Positions 28,666-38,039 of a stretch of DNA of 64,000 nt are shown here, piece by piece; the first letter of the stretch is position 1; every line of letters begins with the position of its first letter. Below the pieces are notes generated by a model. The model saw nothing but the letters and a program-made list of their open reading frames with translations. It did no database searches and was not told the origin of the DNA. A program made the translations under genes and the position numbers. The stretch covers positions 248,001 through 312,000 of the IMG/VR virus record IMGVR_UViG_3300023174_000038; one strand, written 5' to 3'.

Positions 28666-29393
28666 TTTGCTTGTGCTGGGAGTAAGTAACGATATACTGC
28701 TAAACCACTGTCAACAACAATCTCTGTTGCACCAGCATCACTAATACGAATAATCTTATCGCCGGGTAGATCCATAATGCTTAAGAATTCTTTAACAGGC
28801 CACATCCATGCTTTATTCAATGAACCAGTAACACCTGGATAGAACACAAAATTACCACTGTGTGTTGAAGGGTCACCAAAGTAAACCATTAAGTTACCAT
28901 TTTCTGTTTTAGTAGTAAAGTTCTTTTCTTCACTATTAGCACTTGCTTGACGCTTCAATCGTTGAATGCCTGCGATAGAGGGTTCAAACTCTACATTCCA
29001 TGTAGTACCTTTGAACATTACATTCTTAACTTTCTCATCAGCAATAGCTTTACTCATTAAACGATAGTCGTTAACGAAATCACCTGCTTTTGTTTCAAAG
29101 TGAATGTATTCTGGTACATCAACACCATCTTTGTTAACACGTGTAACATTGATTTTAGCATGTTCATCATAGTCATCAAAGCCTAGAATTGTTTTTAGTT
29201 TACCTAAATTAGGCATACCGAACACACCGATGAATTCTACGTTAGGATGCTTAAGCACACCACTAACAATAACACTCTTATCTTCTGCCACTGCGTTAAC
29301 AGTAGTTTCTTTGTCAGTTCCACTGACTTTAATCAAATCAATACAGCCTAAGCCATGTGTGTGTTGAATTAAATCTTGTAAATTATCTTTCAT
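28662..29393 (-). CDS. Sliding clamp (gp45-like)
   Basis: 243 aa alpha/beta protein directly downstream of PolB; ends YRYLLPAQ like clamp C-termini. Confidence 0.7.
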   Translation of the reverse strand: MKDNLQDLIQHTHGLGCIDLIKVSGTDKETTVNAVAEDKSVIVSGVLKHPNVEFIGVFGMPNLGKLKTILGFDDYDEHAKINVTRVNKDGVDVPEYIHFETKAGDFVNDYRLMSKAIADEKVKNVMFKGTTWNVEFEPSIAGIQRLKRQASANSEEKNFTTKTENGNLMVYFGDPSTHSGNFVFYPGVTGSLNKAWMWPVKEFLSIMDLPGDKIIRISDAGATEIVVDSGLAVYRYLLPAQAK

Positions 29394-29470
29394 GTTTTTC
29401 CTTTGTTTTAACTATTTAGGTAGTTGTGATACGTATTATAACGGAATATATTACGAAATGCAACACCAAT

Positions 29471-32188
29471 TTAACCGAAACTGAATAAATCATCAAACGT
29501 ACTGTTGGTATCTGTATTGCTACGAATATCCCAACCAAGTACACCCAATAAGTTATCAATCTTCTCATCTACTAACGTCTGTTCCATAGCTGAATCATCA
29601 AATGGTAACTCAGTAAACCATTTGGGTAAACGTAATTCATCTACGGGATATGCCACACTTGTAAACCCTAATGGATTGGGTTTGAGTTTACATACAACAA
29701 CCTTCATACCATCAATAATCTTTTGACTATAATTATCGCTGTTTACTCTACGCAAGTAATTGTAATTAAGTGCCGCTCTTACGTGACCGGGCATATTAGC
29801 TCTGCCTGTACTACTCTTTGCTTCTAAGTCACCATACATTGTAAGTTTGTTGACACCTTTAGGCGATCCTTTAGTCCAACTATCCTGTGCAGATAAGATA
29901 CGTTTGAAATCTTTTACTGCTTCAATAACTTCCTCACGACCTTTACCCTGTTGAAGAACCATCTGTAATACATTCATTAAGAATTCTTGTACATACTTAG
30001 GTGTATCAGCACGTTTTAAATCAAGACCCATAGCTTTGATATCACCCAATTGTCCGTCTTTATCTTTGCGTTTACCTTCTTTGTCAAAGATGTTAATAGC
30101 ATAACGCTTCTTAACAATAAAGATAGCACGGTCACCAATCAGTTCACGACCAGCTTTAATGATTTCACCATTCTTACGTGGTGCATGAAATGCTTTCTCC
30201 ATGAACGCGGGGAAACTATCATTTGCTTGGTCAGCAATACCGTCATATAAACCAATACAAGTTTCTTTATTCCACTCTAATGCACCAGATTCAATCTGTG
30301 GCTTTAGTGTTGGATATGCCGTAAAGTAACAACTATCTGTATCACCATACACAATAGCATTGCCTTCATGTGAATAAATACCTTCAACTGTTTCATTGAT
30401 AGTACTCATCATATGTTTAACAATCTGTCTACCGGATAGTGTTACTGATTGACCGATACGTTTATCATAGAAACGACAATGTTCATTCAACAAGGCACCA
30501 TAAGCACTATTCAATAAAATCTTACGAACAAGTTGTCGCTTATCGTAATAATCAAACATATCAGTACCATATGCTTCTTTAGCTTGTTTTTGAATTGCTT
30601 TACGTTCTGTATACCAGCGTGTGAGTAGACCAGGTACGACACCTTCTTTTTCATAGGTAAAGATTGTACCGTTAGCACTTAACATCCAAGGCTTATGACT
30701 ATCAAATATCATCTTCCAGATTTCAGCCGCTGACATCTCTACACTACGACCATCTTCAAAATCAACTGTAAGAATTGTACCACGTTCTTGGTTCATGATT
30801 GCAGTATATTCTAATGCACCAAATAGATTCTCCCAGAGAATAGATCCTGTTACAGCATCATCACCTTCTTTGTGACGTTTCTTTTCACTAGCTAATCGTA
30901 ATCCCTTATCGTGCATATATTGGTCTGTGATTGTTTGTCTGACCTGAGCAACGATGGTTTCTCCTGCCATGTTGAGGGCACGAATAACCGAGGGATAGAG
31001 TGAGTTAATGTCAACTGCTCCGACATATTCATGCATACCTCTTTTCGGCGTAGCAACAAAGGCACCTGCTGCCTGCTGGACATCTTCTTCATTTTCAACC
31101 TTTCGTTTTTTATCTGGTACTACTAAGCCACGTTCATGTGCTTCATTAAAAATTGCCATCTCAATCATTGCTACAGAACCCATTACTGTTGGAAGCAATA
31201 CTGTGTTCTCATGTGCAAGTTGATTAGCTAATTCTAAAAACTTAAGTTTGTTGTGAATCTTCACCAACAACATCGTATCTTGTCTGTTATATTCAATAAA
31301 CTTTTTAAAGTCTTTGTTATACAGTTGGTCAAGAGTACCTTCATATTGTGTTTTGTTTTCACCTACTTCCATCTCACCGATACTGTCAAGCTTATAACTA
31401 TGGCGTGATTCATAGTTATACTTTTTGTACAACTGTAGATAGTCTAAGTGAATACGACCTACTAAGTCATAAGTTGTTTCGCTTTTACCAAAGCGTTCAT
31501 ATTCTCTAGCTTTAGGCAGTTGACCCATCAAGCAAAACTTGCGTGTGTCATCCTTACTCATTACTCTAGTAACACGATTGACCATGTAGGGAATATCATA
31601 TCCCTCTGAGTTCCATCCAGTTAATACATCAGCATCTTCAATGAGTTGAAAGAAAACATCAAACATTTCCTTCTCTGATTTGAATAGCATTGTATTATCA
31701 AATTCATTAGTGATTTCTTGGGCTGTTTCACTGCTCATATGTTTCGGAGCAATCACTAATGTAATACATTGGTCTAGCCAATCTAAGTAACAACTGATAG
31801 CTGTAACTGGATTGAATGGATCACTAGTAGGACTGAAACCCTTTTCAGGATCAAAGTCTACTTCAATGTCAAAGAAGCAAGTATGAAGTTTGGGCGCATC
31901 AATGCCAAGATAGTTTTCACTTAGGCAACGAAAGACTACTGGTACATCACTTTCAAACAATTTCTTATTTGAGTGGATGCGTTTTTCTTTTTCAAACTCT
32001 TGTCGTTTGCGAGTACTGAAACGACTGACTGGATCGCCATAGATACTACGATGTTTACCCTTACTATCAGGATAATACAATACGTAGTTAGTAGGGTATT
32101 CTTTGTATTGACGCTTGCCGTCTTTGTTTCTCTCTACAACGTAGATACGATCCTCATCCCTGCTATGAATAGCGTCAATATAACTCAA
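29471..32188 (-). CDS. Family B DNA polymerase (T4 gp43-like)
   Basis: DIE and GWNSEGYDIPY exonuclease motifs; DINSLYPS, KILLNSAYG, YGDTDS, KKRY. Confidence 0.97.
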   Translation of the reverse strand: MSYIDAIHSRDEDRIYVVERNKDGKRQYKEYPTNYVLYYPDSKGKHRSIYGDPVSRFSTRKRQEFEKEKRIHSNKKLFESDVPVVFRCLSENYLGIDAPKLHTCFFDIEVDFDPEKGFSPTSDPFNPVTAISCYLDWLDQCITLVIAPKHMSSETAQEITNEFDNTMLFKSEKEMFDVFFQLIEDADVLTGWNSEGYDIPYMVNRVTRVMSKDDTRKFCLMGQLPKAREYERFGKSETTYDLVGRIHLDYLQLYKKYNYESRHSYKLDSIGEMEVGENKTQYEGTLDQLYNKDFKKFIEYNRQDTMLLVKIHNKLKFLELANQLAHENTVLLPTVMGSVAMIEMAIFNEAHERGLVVPDKKRKVENEEDVQQAAGAFVATPKRGMHEYVGAVDINSLYPSVIRALNMAGETIVAQVRQTITDQYMHDKGLRLASEKKRHKEGDDAVTGSILWENLFGALEYTAIMNQERGTILTVDFEDGRSVEMSAAEIWKMIFDSHKPWMLSANGTIFTYEKEGVVPGLLTRWYTERKAIQKQAKEAYGTDMFDYYDKRQLVRKILLNSAYGALLNEHCRFYDKRIGQSVTLSGRQIVKHMMSTINETVEGIYSHEGNAIVYGDTDSCYFTAYPTLKPQIESGALEWNKETCIGLYDGIADQANDSFPAFMEKAFHAPRKNGEIIKAGRELIGDRAIFIVKKRYAINIFDKEGKRKDKDGQLGDIKAMGLDLKRADTPKYVQEFLMNVLQMVLQQGKGREEVIEAVKDFKRILSAQDSWTKGSPKGVNKLTMYGDLEAKSSTGRANMPGHVRAALNYNYLRRVNSDNYSQKIIDGMKVVVCKLKPNPLGFTSVAYPVDELRLPKWFTELPFDDSAMEQTLVDEKIDNLLGVLGWDIRSNTDTNSTFDDLFSFG

Positions 32189-32451
32189 AGTGTTTTGCCC
32201 ACAGTTTCCAAGATTGTATTAAGTTCATCGTGGTCTTTGTTAGTCTGACCCAATGAAGCTTTGTGTGCAATTTTAATTGCTTTCTTTAGTGTAGAAGCCT
32301 TGATTTCAAGTTCTTCTGCAACTGCCTTGATAGTGTCGCTCAATCCACCATTCAATGTATCAATTTCATGTAGTACATGCATACCTTCATTAATTAATTG
32401 TGTTAGTTTAATTTTTGCCTCACCATTAAACGTTCTGTTATAATCTGACAT
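32185..32451 (-). CDS. Small dsDNA-binding protein (T4 DsbA/GapR-like)
   Basis: Helical; DTIKAVAEELEIKASTLKKAIKIAHK; upstream of polymerase. Confidence 0.6.
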   Translation of the reverse strand: MSDYNRTFNGEAKIKLTQLINEGMHVLHEIDTLNGGLSDTIKAVAEELEIKASTLKKAIKIAHKASLGQTNKDHDELNTILETVGKTL

Positions 32452-32539
32452 AGTTTCTCCTTAAATAATTAGTTAGTATACTTGTTTTGTGTAACAAAGT
32501 CAAATATTTTGTGTAAAAAGTGGTTAGATAAATACCCAT

Positions 32540-33181
32540 ATGAAACCCAAAGTTATATTGTATTTGGATCATCCTAGATGTTCCGTACAATCTTGCCACG
32601 GTATTATAAGGGCGCTTAGCCCAAAGTATGAAGTTGACATATTCCAGCAATATGAGATAAAAGAATCTAATTTTAAAAAATACGACATAATTGCCTTTCC
32701 CGGTGGAATTGGAGATAGTGATACATTTGATACTACTATCAGACCTAAAATGGATGTGATTAAAAATCAAATCAGCAAGGGAAAAAGATATCTTGGAATA
32801 TGTATGGGTGCTTTTTGGGCAGGTCATCATTATTTTGATATCCTCGATGATATTAAATGTGAGCAATACATTAAACAACCCGATAGCGATGTTCGTAGAC
32901 CATTTAGTACTACCGCACCTGTACTTTGGGAAGGCAAAAAATATAACATGTTTTTCTATGATGGTTGTTCATTAGTAGGAGACAATAGTAAATTTGAAAC
33001 TATTGCTACATATGTAAATAGTGATCCAATGGCTATAATACAAAACAATATAGGATTAATAGGTTGTCATCCTGAAAGTGATGAATATTGGTATGATAAA
33101 CCTTATTTAAAGAAATATTGGCATAACTTTGTACATCATCAATTGTTATTAGATTTTGTAGATAAGTTAATCAAACATTGA
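32540..33181 (+). CDS. Class I glutamine amidotransferase-like (BPL_N-like) protein
   Basis: FPGG, YLGICMGA nucleophile elbow, HPE. Confidence 0.82.
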   Translation: MKPKVILYLDHPRCSVQSCHGIIRALSPKYEVDIFQQYEIKESNFKKYDIIAFPGGIGDSDTFDTTIRPKMDVIKNQISKGKRYLGICMGAFWAGHHYFDILDDIKCEQYIKQPDSDVRRPFSTTAPVLWEGKKYNMFFYDGCSLVGDNSKFETIATYVNSDPMAIIQNNIGLIGCHPESDEYWYDKPYLKKYWHNFVHHQLLLDFVDKLIKH

Positions 33182-33768
33182 TTTTTACCTTCTACAATCT
33201 TTTTTACCAATTTAGGTAAACCCGGATTGACATGTAATGCATGTGGCATTAGTTCATTGCGAATATAATTTCGGGTATATCTGGAATTTTTATTTGATTC
33301 ATCTTCAATCCAGGGTACATTATGGCTTTCGCACCAATAGATAAATTCTTGTTTGCGTGTAGTTAGAAATGGTCTGATTACATTGTTGCGAGTTAACGGG
33401 ATAACTTTGGGCGTGCCGTGTAAGCTTGACCAAATATATGTTTCAACACAATCATCTAAATGATGACAGGTGACGACTGGTCCAAGCCCACTTAAAAAGT
33501 CATAGCGTTCTCTACGCCAGTATTCTTCTTGACTTTCTTTACTACCCTTTTGACTTCGTGGTGATCCATATAGCATTGGGATATTATTATCATTGCAATA
33601 TCTAGAAACAAACTCACTGGCTTTTTCACCGTTTTGTGTTCTATGATTAAAATGGGCGATAGTGATATCGTGTTTACGACTTAAAAAGTCAACTACTGCC
33701 ATGCTATCTACACCACCACTACATGCGATTGTGATACTTTTGGGTAAGGGTACTGTTAACTTAATCAT
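33139..33768 (-). CDS. tilS: tRNA(Ile)-lysidine synthetase, catalytic domain only
   Basis: SGGVDS, HFNH, RRERY, HHLDDCVET, RPFL, EDESN...RNYIR. Confidence 0.88.
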   Translation of the reverse strand: MIKLTVPLPKSITIACSGGVDSMAVVDFLSRKHDITIAHFNHRTQNGEKASEFVSRYCNDNNIPMLYGSPRSQKGSKESQEEYWRRERYDFLSGLGPVVTCHHLDDCVETYIWSSLHGTPKVIPLTRNNVIRPFLTTRKQEFIYWCESHNVPWIEDESNKNSRYTRNYIRNELMPHALHVNPGLPKLVKKIVEGKNQCLINLSTKSNNN

Positions 33769-33805
33769 TTATCTATTATAACATAGAATGATTTATTTTG
33801 CAATA

Positions 33806-34036
33806 TTATTGGATACCTGAGGTTGATGCGACTACACGTGTACCTATACTTAATGGACCTCTTGCAGTTGCCGTTGCAGTATCAGTAGCAAAGGTAATAC
33901 GTTGTACAGTAGATGTTTGACCGGGTGCGCTGGCCCCTCCTGCAAACCATCCTGCAGTATTACCTGAAGGCGGAGGTGCAACTGAAAATGTGATACCACC
34001 ACTAAATGTTATTCCAGCTGTAAACGTTCCTGTCAT
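33806..34036 (-). CDS. Single-repeat derivative of neighbouring repeat protein
   Basis: Similar N-leader, one AGWFAGG..RITFATDTATA.RGPLS unit and same SGIQ end as 34063..35001. Confidence 0.65.
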   Translation of the reverse strand: MTGTFTAGITFSGGITFSVAPPPSGNTAGWFAGGASAPGQTSTVQRITFATDTATATARGPLSIGTRVVASTSGIQ

Positions 34037-34062
34037 ATTGTTCTCTTTATTTGTTTTATTGT

Positions 34063-35001
34063 TTATTGTATTCCTGATGAACCGGCTGAGCTATACAATG
34101 CTGCACTTAAAGGACCACGTACACTTGCTGTTGCTGTATCTGTTGCATATGTAATTCTATCCACTAATGACGTTGCAGAAAATCCTCCTGCAAACCAACC
34201 ATAACTGTTATTACCAACTGAGGTAAAATATCCTCTACTAGAGCTAAGTGGGCCACGAATACTAGCGGTAGCAGTATCTGATGCATATGTAATACGTGAA
34301 ACGGTTGATATAACACTACTTCCACCTGCCCACCACCCATATGTGGTATTATCAGAAGATGCTGCCTGTGCATATGTACTTAGACCAAGTGGACCACGTA
34401 CACTTGCCGTTGCTGTATCTGTTGCATATGTAATACGATTGACTGTTGACACACCGCCTGGTATACCTCCGCCACCAAACCAACCATCAGTACTAATTCC
34501 GGCCGCCGCAAACCTAGAATTAGCCAAACTAAGTGGACCACGCACACTTGCTGTTGTTGTATCTGTTGCATATGTTACACGATCTACTAATGACGTTGGT
34601 GCACCCAAAGTGACCCCGCCACCAAACCAACCATCAGTAGTATTTCCGGCCGCAGCTAAATAAAATTTGGCTGCACTTAATGGGCCCCGAACACTTGCTG
34701 TTGCTGTATCAGTTGCATATGTTATTCTATTTACGGCTGATGAAGGTCCATTAACGTTGCCACCGACCCAACCATTAGTAGTATTGCCGGCACCTGCTGC
34801 GCTGCCTGTACCTGTACTTAATGGTCCGCGAATACTTGTTGTAGTAGTATCTGTGGTAAATGTAATACGATTGACAGTACTACGTACAGCAGGATTTCCT
34901 CCACTGACCCATCCTGCTGTTGCTTCAGATGGAGGTGCTGCCGTAAGCGTCCATCCTCCGCCCGATATTGTTACACCGCCACCACTAAATGTTACTGACA
35001 T
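34063..35001 (-). CDS. Repeat (beta-propeller-like) virion/surface protein
   Basis: Six ~46 aa repeats GW.GG...V.RITYATDTATASVRGPLS. Confidence 0.75.
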   Translation of the reverse strand: MSVTFSGGGVTISGGGWTLTAAPPSEATAGWVSGGNPAVRSTVNRITFTTDTTTTSIRGPLSTGTGSAAGAGNTTNGWVGGNVNGPSSAVNRITYATDTATASVRGPLSAAKFYLAAAGNTTDGWFGGGVTLGAPTSLVDRVTYATDTTTASVRGPLSLANSRFAAAGISTDGWFGGGGIPGGVSTVNRITYATDTATASVRGPLGLSTYAQAASSDNTTYGWWAGGSSVISTVSRITYASDTATASIRGPLSSSRGYFTSVGNNSYGWFAGGFSATSLVDRITYATDTATASVRGPLSAALYSSAGSSGIQ

Positions 35002-35069
35002 TCTTTATTCCCTTTATTGTATTTATCAAAAAAGGCCCTGTAGAGCCTCTTTTTAGTGAATGTAGAATC

Positions 35070-35741
35070 TTACTTAGTTCTTTTTATTTTTTTCTTTGCT
35101 GGAAGTGTTTTCTGTTCTTCCGCTACCTTATCAAGTACCGTTGTTTCACCATTAGGTAATTCTAACATAATATCTTTTTGCTCTAATAACACTGTACCTT
35201 GTGGAACTAATCCAACCATCATCAATGATTGTAATGTTTGTGGGTTACTCATAGCATTTAACAATTTAGCTGGACTTGGTCTACCCATTGCAATAATTTC
35301 AGATTGTATCTCACGACCAACCGTTACTGTAAATTCATAGTTAGCATTAGCTTCAAACATTTCATCATCACTATATGGTGTGCCATCTGGATGTTTAAGT
35401 CTAGTTGGTTCTACTTCTGCATAGAGTTCAGCCAACAATTTTTCTAGTATTTTAATCTCTTTACGATTAAGTTCAAAAGCATGTTTTTGATCGTCCAAGT
35501 GTGATTCCAATTCAAGTATTTCTGCTTGTAGATTAAGTAGAATATGGGGTAATGCTGGAACTGTTTTTAGATGTTTAAGTTCTTCAAGTTTAGCCTGATA
35601 TTTTAATTCGGCACATTCTTCTAGTACTGCGGCACGTTTTCTTCCAACATAGAAGCCTTGAAGTGTTTTGATTTTTTCCCAGGGGGTACTACCGATAACC
35701 TGATAGCGGTAGTTAAATTCTGAATTTAGATTTGAAGCCAT
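35070..35741 (-). CDS. Coiled-coil hypothetical protein
   Basis: NSEFNYRYQVIG.TPWEK; helical. Confidence 0.72.
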   Translation of the reverse strand: MASNLNSEFNYRYQVIGSTPWEKIKTLQGFYVGRKRAAVLEECAELKYQAKLEELKHLKTVPALPHILLNLQAEILELESHLDDQKHAFELNRKEIKILEKLLAELYAEVEPTRLKHPDGTPYSDDEMFEANANYEFTVTVGREIQSEIIAMGRPSPAKLLNAMSNPQTLQSLMMVGLVPQGTVLLEQKDIMLELPNGETTVLDKVAEEQKTLPAKKKIKRTK

Positions 35742-35808
35742 TTTTTCTCTCTATAAGTTGTTTATAGAGATATTTAATAGCTTTTTTGTGTGAGTAAATT
35801 TTTTTAAT

Positions 35809-36018
35809 TTATTCTCTTGGATAATCTGGAAATGGTACCCAATTAGTTGTAGCTTCATCCCATAAGTATGGATAACCATCACTTGGAATACTAACTGGTG
35901 CAACATATGTAGTTGCTGCCTCATCCCATGTCCATGATGATGGATGTTCTGCATTGAATGCATTTTCTCTTGCTTGTGCAATTTCCTCTTGTGTTGGAGG
36001 TGTTGTGTTTTCTATCAT
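35809..36018 (-). CDS. Small Trp/Pro-rich tail-fibre-associated-like protein
   Basis: PSSWTWDE...YLWDEATTNW; AAGGA RBS. Confidence 0.65.
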   Translation of the reverse strand: MIENTTPPTQEEIAQARENAFNAEHPSSWTWDEAATTYVAPVSIPSDGYPYLWDEATTNWVPFPDYPRE

Positions 36019-36039
36019 TTTGTTTTCCTTTTTAAAAAA

Positions 36040-36972
36040 TTAAGAACCGTAGGCTGCGGCTCCAAGTTCGCCTCTAGCAGTGCCCACCCCGGTAGTATCT
36101 GTAGCAACCACGCCTGTATTTGATACTAGATTAGTCATTGATACTCTTACTCCAACCTCACCGTATCCAAAGATAGCTTTATCAGTTCCATAACCTGCGG
36201 CTGCAAGATTCATTCTAGCAGTACCGACTCCGGTAGTATCAGTTGCGACAACACCGGTGTTTGATACTAGATTGGTAATTGAATAATAACCACCATCAAA
36301 TCCATAACCAAATATAGCTTTACCTGTACCGTAACCAGCGGCCGCCAAACTATTTCTAACAGTACCGACACCCGTGGTATCTGTTGCTACTACTCCTGTG
36401 TTTGACACTAGGTTGGTTACTGCTGTTCTAGCACTTCCATATCCATATCCAAAAATAGCTTGTCCACTACTGCCGTAGCCGGCAGCTGCCAATGCCTGTC
36501 TAGCTGTACCAACCCCTGTTGTATCTGTGGCTACTACGCCTGTGTTTGAAACTAAATTAGTCATTGAGAACACAATAGTATTATTTGTTCCATATCCAAA
36601 TAAGGCTTTATCAGTGCCATACCCTGCGGCCGCCAAACTAGTTCTAGCAGTGCCCACTCCAGTTGTGTCATTGGCAACCACGCCTGTATTACTTACTAAA
36701 TTGGTTATTGCCGTATTACCGGTAGAATACCCGTATCCAAAAATAGCTTTATCTGTACCGTAACCTGCGGCTGCAAGTTGATATCTAGCAGTGCCCACAC
36801 CAGTTGTATCTGTAGCAACTACACCCGCACTTGTTACTAGGTTGGTTATTGCTGTTACACCTACCCCACCAATGTATCCATATCCAAATATAGCTTTATT
36901 ACCGCCTGGAGGTGGTGTAATAGCCCATCCTCCGCCATTTAATGTTATTCCACCTGTAATTGTTATTGACAT
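36040..36972 (-). CDS. Repeat (beta-propeller-like) virion/surface protein
   Basis: Six ~47 aa repeats KAIFGYG...TNLVSNTGVVATDTTGVGTAR..LAAAGYG. Confidence 0.78.
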   Translation of the reverse strand: MSITITGGITLNGGGWAITPPPGGNKAIFGYGYIGGVGVTAITNLVTSAGVVATDTTGVGTARYQLAAAGYGTDKAIFGYGYSTGNTAITNLVSNTGVVANDTTGVGTARTSLAAAGYGTDKALFGYGTNNTIVFSMTNLVSNTGVVATDTTGVGTARQALAAAGYGSSGQAIFGYGYGSARTAVTNLVSNTGVVATDTTGVGTVRNSLAAAGYGTGKAIFGYGFDGGYYSITNLVSNTGVVATDTTGVGTARMNLAAAGYGTDKAIFGYGEVGVRVSMTNLVSNTGVVATDTTGVGTARGELGAAAYGS

Positions 36973-36982
36973 TTTTTAACCT

Positions 36983-37936
36983 TTATTGAAAAATTTCTGG
37001 ATGTGCTTTGCCAAATATCTTAATATACTTGCCAGCCATTACATCCGCTTCAGCTTCTATTGGACTACCAGGATAACTATCACCCGGCTTAATCATATTT
37101 AATTCACCCTGACGTACATGTGTTAATTCATGGAACACAGTACGTAATATATCTACTAAATTTCTATTAGCACAATAAACCCATACTTCACCCGTCTCTG
37201 GATTATGTCTTCCAGTATGATGACCTTCTTGTGCTTCATCACTATCATAACTAAACTCTATCTTTGGAGTATTTTGTAAATTCAACTTCTTACTTGTCCA
37301 AGCAAGAAACTTCTGTACAATAGGATTACTATTCAAATCTTCTTGTTCAGCTTCTGTAATGTAGGGCTTTAATAACTCTGGATCATATCCTTTATGTCTA
37401 GCAGAATCTCGTAATCGTCTTAACCCTTTAGCTTCAATTTGTCTTATTCTATCTCTAGACAAGTCAAACCTATCACCAATCTGTTGTAATGTCATGTCAT
37501 ACCAAAATCTTAAAATTAATACTTTTCGTTGGTCATCGGTTAATCTGTCTAAGCCGTTTTGGATAATTTGTTTAATACTATCATCTGTTGCAGGCTCCTC
37601 ACCAGCTGGATCTTTATATGGTACTCGTTCTGCCCTATTATAAATATCGTTTGGATCATTTAATGTTGGCATTTTATTATGAGCTCCACGATATGTAGCA
37701 CCATCTGGGTTGTAATGTCGTCCTCCAACCTCATCTAGTTTATCTTTAATCCAATTGTCTGGAGTTTTATGATATTTTCTAACAAATAAATCATGCAATG
37801 CATCACCAGTAATACGGTGTTTCTTTGCTATGTTTTTCATTAGCTTATCAATGGTATTATAGTCGTGTTTCTCTAAGCTAGGAAGTTTCTTAGCTAGTTC
37901 AACTGCGGCTGATTCGTATAGTTCTATTGCTCTCAT
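36983..37936 (-). CDS. Mosaic putative virion-internal protein: sigma70 region 4 plus HExxH zincin
   Basis: Start MRAIELYE after TAAATA; LT..QR.VL.LRF...TLQQIG..FDLSRDRIRQIEAKGLRRLR; YITEA linker; FHELTH...EAEA. Confidence 0.78.
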   Translation of the reverse strand: MRAIELYESAAVELAKKLPSLEKHDYNTIDKLMKNIAKKHRITGDALHDLFVRKYHKTPDNWIKDKLDEVGGRHYNPDGATYRGAHNKMPTLNDPNDIYNRAERVPYKDPAGEEPATDDSIKQIIQNGLDRLTDDQRKVLILRFWYDMTLQQIGDRFDLSRDRIRQIEAKGLRRLRDSARHKGYDPELLKPYITEAEQEDLNSNPIVQKFLAWTSKKLNLQNTPKIEFSYDSDEAQEGHHTGRHNPETGEVWVYCANRNLVDILRTVFHELTHVRQGELNMIKPGDSYPGSPIEAEADVMAGKYIKIFGKAHPEIFQ

Positions 37937-37947
37937 ATTAGTATTTA

Positions 37948-38038
37948 TGCTCACTTTTGATTTCACAGTAGCGAATTGTTACATCAGGCCAGCAGCCGGC
38001 CCACACTTGAAAACGCAAAGGTCCTAAGGTAGTGTGTT
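37948..38038 (-). ncRNA. Candidate structured non-coding RNA
   Basis: GC-rich intergenic with stems CACACT/AGTGTG, GGCCG/TGGCC, TGAT..ACA/TGT..ATCA. Confidence 0.4.
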
Positions 38039-38039
38039 C

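Noticed and set aside
29471-32188. Intein or intron in the DNA polymerase
   Set aside because: The ORF is continuous at normal length (905 aa) with no splicing motifs.
33139-33768. PP-loop protein as the missing QueC (with neighbouring GATase as Gat-QueC)
   Set aside because: Motifs (HHLDD.ET, RPFL, EDESN, RNxIR) are TilS-specific and the QueC C-terminal Cys Zn site is absent.
33806-36972. Tandem DNA repeats as CRISPR array or DGR template/variable repeats
   Set aside because: Repeats are in-frame coding units with synonymous variation. There is no spacer structure, no adenine-specific pattern evident and no reverse transcriptase in the window.
37948-38038. tRNA or hammerhead ribozyme
   Set aside because: No cloverleaf or TTC-loop arm. 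CUGAUG is followed by U rather than A and the hammerhead stems cannot be built convincingly.
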